IMG/VR virus record: IMGVR_UViG_3300044701_000569
Location: 62,001-126,000 of that record
Direction: 5' to 3' (one strand)
DNA length: 64,000 bases
The notes beneath the pieces are model-generated. The model searched no databases. It worked only from the letters and a program-made list of their open reading frames with translations, and was not told the DNA's origin. The translations under genes were made by a program, and so were the position numbers. Shown here in pieces: positions 57,428 through 64,000 of this stretch (positions within the stretch are counted from its first letter, which is position 1; each line of letters begins with the position of its first letter).

Positions 57428-58306
57428 ATGGCAGATTTTAACCCGCTAATGGCAGGCAAGCAACAGTCAAACCCACTACAGAAGTATTTTAGACAACCTA
57501 AAGTTTATATTACTTTACCCAGCAAGGGTAAATTTTATAAACCCGGCGCTGTTGATCTTCCGGAGAACGGAGAACTACCAGTCTTTCCTATGACTGCTAA
57601 GGATGAACTAACGCTAAAGACACCCGATGCTTTATTAAATGGACAAGCTACTGTTGATGTAATACAAAGCTGTATTCCTGCTATTAAAGATGCGTGGCAG
57701 ATGCCATCAATTGATCTTGATGCAGCATTAATTGGTATAAGAATTGCTACCTATGGCGATAAATTAGATCTTACAACAAAAATTCCTGGTCTTAATGAAG
57801 AAAGAGAATTTAGTGTTGATTGTAAGACACTGCTTAACAAGTTAGTTACTAAAGAATTTGTTGATACTATTGAATACAACAATATGGTTGTTAAGATACG
57901 TCCATTAAATTATAGAGAATTTACTACTAACAGCATTAAAACTTTTGAAGAACAAAGAATTTTCGCTCTAGTTAATGACGGTAAGATGAGTGAAGAAGAA
58001 AAGTTATCTAAATTTAATGAAAGTTTTAAAAAGCTAACAGAGCTTACTGTAGATACAATGGGTAAAACTATTGTAAGTATAACAGTTGACGATGTTATAG
58101 TAACTGATAGAAATCATATTCAAGAATTTCTAACTAATACAGATAAAAACTTTTATAGTGCAATTTTAGAACACATTGAACAGCAGAAAGAACTGTTTAG
58201 TATTGAACCGCTCAAAGTTGAATGTTCAGACGAAGACGTTGAACGTGGTGCTCCTGAAAGATTTGAAGTTCCTATTACATTTGATCAATCAAATTTTTTC
58301 GGATAA
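57428..58306 (+). CDS. gp26: Baseplate hub / tail assembly protein (gp26-like)
   Basis: VYITLPSKGKFY, PMTAKDE and IDLDAALIGIRIATYG motifs. Confidence 0.75.
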   Translation: MADFNPLMAGKQQSNPLQKYFRQPKVYITLPSKGKFYKPGAVDLPENGELPVFPMTAKDELTLKTPDALLNGQATVDVIQSCIPAIKDAWQMPSIDLDAALIGIRIATYGDKLDLTTKIPGLNEEREFSVDCKTLLNKLVTKEFVDTIEYNNMVVKIRPLNYREFTTNSIKTFEEQRIFALVNDGKMSEEEKLSKFNESFKKLTELTVDTMGKTIVSITVDDVIVTDRNHIQEFLTNTDKNFYSAILEHIEQQKELFSIEPLKVECSDEDVERGAPERFEVPITFDQSNFFG

Positions 58307-58311
58307 GGATC

Positions 58312-58530
58312 TTGCCCTGGTCTCTTGACGAGATTCTAGACGAGGTCCGTAATTTTGAAAATCAACAAAAAGAATTAAAGCACGATCTGTTTAAGGTCTG
58401 CTGGTACATGCGCGGCGGCATAACTCTTGAAGAGGCTTACAACTTGTGTGCCGAAGATAAAGAAATTATTGGAAAAATAATTAAGGAAAACCTAAACACT
58501 ACTAAAGAGTCAGGTCTTCCTTTCTTTTAA
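58312..58530 (+). CDS. gp51-like ORF, probably the -1 frameshift extension of the upstream gene
   Basis: WYMRGGITLEEAYNL segment; poor TTG start; the frame is open back to the T TTT TTC heptamer at 58294-58300. Confidence 0.6.
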   Translation: MPWSLDEILDEVRNFENQQKELKHDLFKVCWYMRGGITLEEAYNLCAEDKEIIGKIIKENLNTTKESGLPFF

Positions 58531-59354
58531 ATGTAGTTTATGCCGACAACTTCGTTGGTGTTTTCGACTAAACGAATACGTAATCCTAGATCAGCCCAAC
58601 CTAAGTTGTACTCTCTAAGCATCTTAGTAATAGCATAATACACGCTCTGTGTTAAGAAACGCTCGCCCTGCTTGGCATTTGCTGTCCAAGCTGGCTGAAG
58701 TTTAGAAATATCATATCCTGCTTTAGCAAAATTCATAATCTTTTGAGCAGCAAACACACCACTCTCCTTGTCGCCCTTGGCTAGTTTAGCTAGATCAGCT
58801 TGTATGCCTTGTGACATCTTGTCAGGCAGTGGTTTTGTTCCACTTTGAACTGTACGTATGTTGCTTTTAGCCTTTTCAAACGAATCACTACCAGCTTTAT
58901 TAGCTGGATTAGCAGAGGCAGCTGGATCGTTAAGTGTAGGTTCTACTCTACTGCCAGTAGGTGCAGTAGCTTTAGCTGGTGCTGCTGTAGCAGCAGCTGG
59001 CTTAGCAGGAGCCGCAGCAGTTGTTGGAGCACTAGCTGGCTTAGCAGGAGTTTGTAGTGCTGTAACTACAGATTTTTGATCCTGTGGTGAAAGAGATTTT
59101 AGAACATCAAGGGCTTTTTGTGCAGCTGGCGGAAGTTGAACATTACCTTGTTCGTCATCACCAGCACCTGCTACAGTTGATTTACCAGCTTGATAGCCTT
59201 TTTTAAGGGCACTACCTAAACCAGCTACTCCTCCAGCAACAGCACCAGCAGCTTTAGCAGCAGTTCCTACGCCTTTACCGATAGCAGAACCTATTTTATT
59301 TAAAACCGGTCCTTCTACTAGTTCAGATTCATTTGTAATATCAGAAATTTTCAT
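58527..59354 (-). CDS. Ala/Pro-rich candidate internal head protein
   Basis: MKISDITNESELVEG N-terminus with an L-x-E site, a low-complexity linker and a late box at 59383-59390. Confidence 0.5.
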   Translation of the reverse strand: MKISDITNESELVEGPVLNKIGSAIGKGVGTAAKAAGAVAGGVAGLGSALKKGYQAGKSTVAGAGDDEQGNVQLPPAAQKALDVLKSLSPQDQKSVVTALQTPAKPASAPTTAAAPAKPAAATAAPAKATAPTGSRVEPTLNDPAASANPANKAGSDSFEKAKSNIRTVQSGTKPLPDKMSQGIQADLAKLAKGDKESGVFAAQKIMNFAKAGYDISKLQPAWTANAKQGERFLTQSVYYAITKMLREYNLGWADLGLRIRLVENTNEVVGINYI

Positions 59355-59517
59355 TTGTTCAAGTCCTAAGCTCTATATGATTTATTTATTCAAAGTCTTT
59401 TTGATTTACTATTTAAGTATCAACTACGTTGATACGTGTTTTCGCTATCGCTCAAACACATATTTTTCTTTTTAATAGTGATATAAGAGCAATATCACGA
59501 AGTGATATTGTTTAAAC

Positions 59518-59877
59518 TTCATGTAGATTGTTTCAGTCAGACGGAACCTACTACGGTTCCATCCTATCTCTGGTTTTCATGTGAGTAGTCACAGCCGAGA
59601 CATGGAAGTAGGTGTTTGTGCGCTGCTCAATGGGCTCTGACCTTTCCCAACCTACGCCGACATTACAGTATTTCTACTGCTACCCTCCGCTTCGTTCCTA
59701 GTGCAAGAGGTTTTTATGAGCAATATGCGTTTTTCGACTGCCAACAGTCAATCTACATCAACCAGTAGCCCAATTTGTCTGATGGCCTGCCTCCCATAGG
59801 GGGTTGATCAATGTGTTACGTGTCCGGATATCACCCCGGTTTTTCCACAGCGGTATTACTAAACTGGCCCGCCAACC
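59518..59877 (-). ncRNA. Large, highly structured non-coding RNA (family unassigned)
   Basis: No ORF. Helices at 59521-30/59749-58 (10 bp perfect), 59540-63, 59581-92, 59608-13/59650-55, 59666-79 (GAAA loop), 59736-49 and 59824-39. More GC-rich than the flanking intergenic DNA. Confidence 0.7.
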
Positions 59878-60318
59878 TTAAGTGTTGGTATGATTTGCCT
59901 GTTCTAGAAGTGCCTTACGCAATTTATCGGAACCGCCCACTCTACAATTAATAATTCCGTTATAATATTCATCCGTCTCTAACACACGGCGGTCAAATTG
60001 CTCTCTTGCCTCGATATATGACATTTCTGCCTTGGAAGTGCAGTAGTAAAGTATTTCTCTAGTGAAGTTTTCTGGACCTAATTGTGCAACGTCAGCGTTG
60101 AGTCTATCGGATGAACCCCAATAATCACGCCAGTCGCTTTCTACAGTGGAACGCCTTTTGAGTTTTTTGCCTTTTAGCGGAGGTTTTGTACGTTTGAATT
60201 GTGCAAGTTTTTTGCCTATGTACTTTTGTCCAGTTTTTAGATTGGTTATAAGGTAAACAAAGCCTATTTTGCCTTCTGGTATTTGTTCAACGATGTTACC
60301 TTGATAAGTCCACTGCAT
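59878..60318 (-). CDS. GIY-YIG (Seg-like) nuclease
   Basis: GFVYLITNLKTGQKYIGKK, YWGSS, FTREIL, EAREQF and YYNG motifs. Confidence 0.85.
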   Translation of the reverse strand: MQWTYQGNIVEQIPEGKIGFVYLITNLKTGQKYIGKKLAQFKRTKPPLKGKKLKRRSTVESDWRDYWGSSDRLNADVAQLGPENFTREILYYCTSKAEMSYIEAREQFDRRVLETDEYYNGIINCRVGGSDKLRKALLEQANHTNT

Positions 60319-60326
60319 GAGTGTAC

Positions 60327-60548
60327 TTACCGAGGCTCGTTTTTAGCTGCCTCTCTCTTGAGTTGTTTAACTTCATTGTGTGATTTGTGTATTTCTTCCA
60401 TGCGTAGTTTAGCGAGCCTGCGTATTTCTCTTAAATGCCTTCGTGCAGCTACATGGTTACGCACCGAATTACTCAGCTTAAAGCGATCGTGAGTCTTAAA
60501 ATACTCAAGGTATGCTTGAATCAGTAATTCGTGCGTGTCTTTTTCCAT
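60327..60548 (-). CDS. Hypothetical basic helical protein
   Basis: 73-aa ORF coupled to gp46. Confidence 0.6.
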   Translation of the reverse strand: MEKDTHELLIQAYLEYFKTHDRFKLSNSVRNHVAARRHLREIRRLAKLRMEEIHKSHNEVKQLKREAAKNEPR

Positions 60549-62323
60549 TAGTCTACGTAGTCAATGTCATTGGCGTAACTGGTAAAGCCGTTTTCCTTAA
60601 TAACCTTAAGGACATTGTTAACTCTTCCAATTAATTCATCCTTGTGGCTGATTAGATAGATATTCTTTTGACGTTCTCTACCCATTTTCTTAAGGACACC
60701 TAGTGAATTTTCAACTCCCGCAGTATCCATACCACTGTCAATTAGCTCATCAATGAATAGTAAGTTGATATTTTGATATAAACTTTCCCATACATCACGG
60801 AATGCAAAGCTGAGACCTAAAATAAGTCTATTTCGTTCACCGCGGCTTAGGTTATCAAAGTCTAGGTCCTGTCCTAGCTGTGTGATTTCAACATTTAGGT
60901 CGTTTAAGAACACAACTTGATGTGGAAGTCCTAGTTTGTCTAGATAGTACGTTAGTCTATTGTTTAGATAGGCTAGATTTTGATCAATAATCTTCTTGCG
61001 GATAAAGCTATCCTTGTTAGTCAGTAGTTTTAACAAGAACTCTTGATGTTCCCTGTAAGAAGTTAGATCGTTAACAGTTCCCCAAGTTATTTCTTGGATA
61101 GCAGTCTTGTTTAACTCGTCAATCTGCGCCTGATAAGGATCGTCTTCGTTAAGTTTTTGTTCAAGTGCCTTCTTAAGATTCTCAACATTGTTGCGATGAT
61201 CGTAGGCTTCCTTAGCAGTTTCATAGAAAGTGTTTGGCTTGCCGTTGATATTTCCTATTTGAGCAAGAGCCATTACAGTATCGCTCAACTTTGTGCTAAC
61301 TTCCTGATAGTAAGTATCTGCATCACGCAGTTCCTTGCTCTTTTTAGCTAGAATTTCCTGCTTCTTGTCAGCATGCAAGGGCTGATTACATGCATAGCAA
61401 ACAGCTTCTTCTAAATCTTCAATGTCTTTTTCGACCTTTTTAACAGTCTTTTCTGCTTGCAGTAGAGCACTGTCCAATGTGCTTTTTTCTTTATTAAGAG
61501 CCGTAATTTGCTTGTTAAGTTCCGACCAATTAGCCAGCTTTTCGTGATTTTCAAGCTCTTGATCAATGTCAAGTTGCTCTAATTCTTGTATAGCTTGCTG
61601 TAATTTTGCCGCATCTTGTGCTGTTTTTGACTGCCAAGCCTTCTGTGTAGACTTTAAACTTTCAATAGTTGTCTGTATTTTAGCATTAGCTGCTTGCAGA
61701 GCATTGATTTTCAGTGTCTCTTCTGTGATTGCATCTTTGGTTAGTTTTACTTGTTCTTTTAGAGACTCTGCCTTCTCAGAAAGTATAGTAATACCTAACA
61801 GTTGCTCAATAATAGCTCTTTGATCGTTCTGCTTCATAGCTAGGAACGGTTCAGTATAGGTGTTTAGTGCAAGGATATGTTTAAACATATCATGGCTCAT
61901 GCCTAACAGTGTGTCAATAGTGTTCTGCGTATCTCTACTGTCACCTTGGCTTTCGTCTGTGAGTTCTTGTTCTTCGTCGTTTATATAAAATTTAAGAAGA
62001 TTAGGAGAGCGTCCGCGCTCAATCCTATAATCAACACCACTTTTTTCAAAGTGCAGTGTAACTAACATGCCTTTGTTGTTGGTTTTGTTAATTAAGTTAT
62101 TCTTCTTAATGTTAGTTAATGCTTGGCCGTACAGTGCATAACTGAGTGCATTAATAATAGTAGTTTTGCCTGTACCGTTACGAGAACCAGTATCGTCACC
62201 TCCTTGATCTAAGTTTTCGCCAAGCACTAGAGTTAGCTGTTCCTTGTTAAAGTTAACAGCTTGAGTTTGGTTGCCCACACTCATAAAGTTTTTTACAGTA
62301 AGATCTTTAATTTTTATTGTCAT
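60548..62323 (-). CDS. gp46: Recombination endonuclease ATPase subunit (Rad50/SbcC-like)
   Basis: KNFMSVGN, NGTGKTT, CYAC zinc hook, LSRGERNR signature and LLFIDELIDSG. Confidence 0.95.
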   Translation of the reverse strand: MTIKIKDLTVKNFMSVGNQTQAVNFNKEQLTLVLGENLDQGGDDTGSRNGTGKTTIINALSYALYGQALTNIKKNNLINKTNNKGMLVTLHFEKSGVDYRIERGRSPNLLKFYINDEEQELTDESQGDSRDTQNTIDTLLGMSHDMFKHILALNTYTEPFLAMKQNDQRAIIEQLLGITILSEKAESLKEQVKLTKDAITEETLKINALQAANAKIQTTIESLKSTQKAWQSKTAQDAAKLQQAIQELEQLDIDQELENHEKLANWSELNKQITALNKEKSTLDSALLQAEKTVKKVEKDIEDLEEAVCYACNQPLHADKKQEILAKKSKELRDADTYYQEVSTKLSDTVMALAQIGNINGKPNTFYETAKEAYDHRNNVENLKKALEQKLNEDDPYQAQIDELNKTAIQEITWGTVNDLTSYREHQEFLLKLLTNKDSFIRKKIIDQNLAYLNNRLTYYLDKLGLPHQVVFLNDLNVEITQLGQDLDFDNLSRGERNRLILGLSFAFRDVWESLYQNINLLFIDELIDSGMDTAGVENSLGVLKKMGRERQKNIYLISHKDELIGRVNNVLKVIKENGFTSYANDIDYVD

Positions 62324-63333
62324 TATAACCCGTGATATATTTCTAGCAGTGTTTTCTTGTCAAAATTATCAGTATCAAGTTCTGATATTTCGCCCGCAAC
62401 AATTTGATCTACGGATTCAAATCCGCTGATATCTAAATTAGTTGAAATTTCTTCAATCTGTTTCTGCGGTATCAGTGTAATTTCTCTACAGTCATATGTA
62501 GACATAAATGTTTCTTTGATAAAATTTGCTTCTTCGTAGCTGATTGGAATGTCCAGAGTAACACGCAGATACATCTTTGATTTGATTATTTCTTCTGTCT
62601 TATCCAATAGCTTTGACAATGATACAGTCCTATACTTAGGACAATTATCCCAATTAATATACTCTGGTTCACCGTCATTTTCTTTATCAAGAATCATCAT
62701 ACCTCGTGCATCGTCCCATGCATCTGCATAGTTGTGCGGAAATGCATTGCCAATGTAGTGTATTGCGCCCTGTTGTTGACGCTTATGAAAGTGTCCTGAG
62801 AACACATACTTTTGATGTTTGAAGTGTTCTGCTTTGAGATCGCCGTGATCAGGCATCTGTACCATAGCATTCATATAAAAGTAAGGAAGTTCAAAATGTC
62901 CAAACATATATTTTGTTTTGATCTTTTCGATATTCTTCCATTCGTCTCCAACAAGCCACGGAATTAGTGCAACATCTTCACTAACCATAATCTTGTCTAC
63001 AAATGTGATGCCTGGTATGTGTCTACCAAATGCAGTTGATGAAACATCACGCTTATCTTTGTAGTACATGTCGTGGTTTCCAACAAACATGTAGAAGTTT
63101 TCAAAGGCAGCACCTAGCTTTTCCATGCTGCGAATAGTTGCATCCATAGTTGCTAGATTGAGGCTGTTTCTATTGTGATGCCAGTCTCCACAAAAAATGC
63201 CTGTTTCACAACCCTGCTCCTTAGCAGTGGCAATGAACCAGTCTACGAATTCTTCGCAGTCATTGTTGTGTACTGTAGAGTTACCTTTCAATCCAAAGTG
63301 GATATCAGTAAATACTGCTGCCTTTTTAAACAA
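62323..63333 (-). CDS. gp47: Recombination endonuclease nuclease subunit (Mre11/SbcD-like)
   Basis: DIHFG, GDWHH, GNHD and SGHFH metallophosphoesterase motifs. TTG start. Confidence 0.95.
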   Translation of the reverse strand: MFKKAAVFTDIHFGLKGNSTVHNNDCEEFVDWFIATAKEQGCETGIFCGDWHHNRNSLNLATMDATIRSMEKLGAAFENFYMFVGNHDMYYKDKRDVSSTAFGRHIPGITFVDKIMVSEDVALIPWLVGDEWKNIEKIKTKYMFGHFELPYFYMNAMVQMPDHGDLKAEHFKHQKYVFSGHFHKRQQQGAIHYIGNAFPHNYADAWDDARGMMILDKENDGEPEYINWDNCPKYRTVSLSKLLDKTEEIIKSKMYLRVTLDIPISYEEANFIKETFMSTYDCREITLIPQKQIEEISTNLDISGFESVDQIVAGEISELDTDNFDKKTLLEIYHGL

Positions 63334-63356
63334 AGTTATACTCCAATTGTTTTACT

Positions 63357-63385
63357 AGTGTAAGATAAGATGTAATAAAAGTCAA
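63357..63385 (-). promoter_or_regulatory. Sigma70-type promoter for gp47-gp46
   Basis: TTGACT, 17-nt spacer, TACACT, then a GGAG SD. Confidence 0.7.
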
Positions 63386-63393
63386 GACTAATT

Positions 63394-64000
63394 TTACGAA
63401 TCGCCGTTGCTGTCATTGTATCTTTTTTGAGCTGCTTCAAATTCGCCTTGATGCTGTCTTGTAAATGACGGATTCAAATCATTCATTTCTAAGATGTCGT
63501 CGCGAATATTTTGATTACGCTTTTCAATATTAATAACTCGCACGAAACTGTTAGTAACGGCAGCAGTATAATAAGCAAAAGGATTGTTAGACTTACTTTC
63601 ATCGAATTGTAATCCTATCTGTGTGAGTTGTAAAATGGCTTGCCCGCGCATTTCATCGTTGTAAGTATAACCTCGAACGTTGCCTCTAGTAGCGTATCTT
63701 TCGCATAGCTTCATCCACATCATTGCAAGGGTTCTTGTAGCTTGTCCGTGATCTTTTGAAAATTGTCCGTTCTGCATACCGCCAGTCCAATGACTTTTTC
63801 CTACGCAGACTAACTCGTCGTTGTCGTCAAATTTCCAATGTTGGAACGGTGGAAAGTTTAATTTGGTTTTGCTGTCTGCAATACTTTTGGGGTTTTTCTT
63901 TCGCCCACTTTCGTCCGGTATATGATCAAATGTCATTATACGAAATACAAGATCAGTCTTGTTTATTTTCTTATAATCAACTTCGCAATCACTTTGCTTA
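63394..64000 (-). CDS. gp55: Late-transcription sigma factor (gp55-like), 5' end outside the window
   Basis: RGYTYNDEM and FDESKSNNPFAYYT...EKRNQNIRD motifs; the frame stays open from 63936 to the window edge. Confidence 0.85.
   Translation of the reverse strand, partial: KQSDCEVDYKKINKTDLVFRIMTFDHIPDESGRKKNPKSIADSKTKLNFPPFQHWKFDDNDELVCVGKSHWTGGMQNGQFSKDHGQATRTLAMMWMKLCERYATRGNVRGYTYNDEMRGQAILQLTQIGLQFDESKSNNPFAYYTAAVTNSFVRVINIEKRNQNIRDDILEMNDLNPSFTRQHQGEFEAAQKRYNDSNGDS

Noticed and set aside
59355-59877. Group I or group II intron, or tRNA/tmRNA/RNase P, as the identity of the structured region
   Set aside because: The flanking genes are complete with no split exon. I could not find a group II domain V, group I P7 consensus, tRNA cloverleaf or tmRNA tag frame by eye. 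A covariance search is still needed.
1-64000. Stop-codon reassignment as seen in some large phages
   Set aside because: Genes tile densely under the standard code, and TAA, TAG and TGA all end genes at sensible boundaries.

Overview
A 64-kb segment of a large, AT-rich, T4-like contractile-tailed phage genome read in the standard genetic code, with most genes on the minus strand. It holds the morphogenesis modules: tail tube and sheath, neck gp13/14/15, portal, protease, scaffold, major capsid protein, tape measure protein, gp26/gp51-like hub genes, and about 34 kb of giant fibre-like proteins with small adaptor genes. It also holds gp46/gp47 and the truncated late sigma factor gp55. Accessory cargo includes an ADP-heptose biosynthesis operon, a GT9-like heptosyltransferase, a carbamoyltransferase, a 2OG-Fe(II) oxygenase and a Maf-like enzyme. 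Four things stand out. (1) A 23-codon PQQ precursor gene (pqqA, 47143-47214), missed by the ORF track, sits as an insulated transcription unit right behind the capsid gene, suggesting a PQQ-dependent, possibly methylotroph, host. (2) A highly structured ncRNA of about 360 nt begins immediately after the stop codon of a GIY-YIG nuclease. (3) The heptose pathway and transferases may form a virion heptosylation system. (4) A -1 frameshift site would fuse the gp26- and gp51-like genes. All family calls come from motif recognition by eye; no searches were run.
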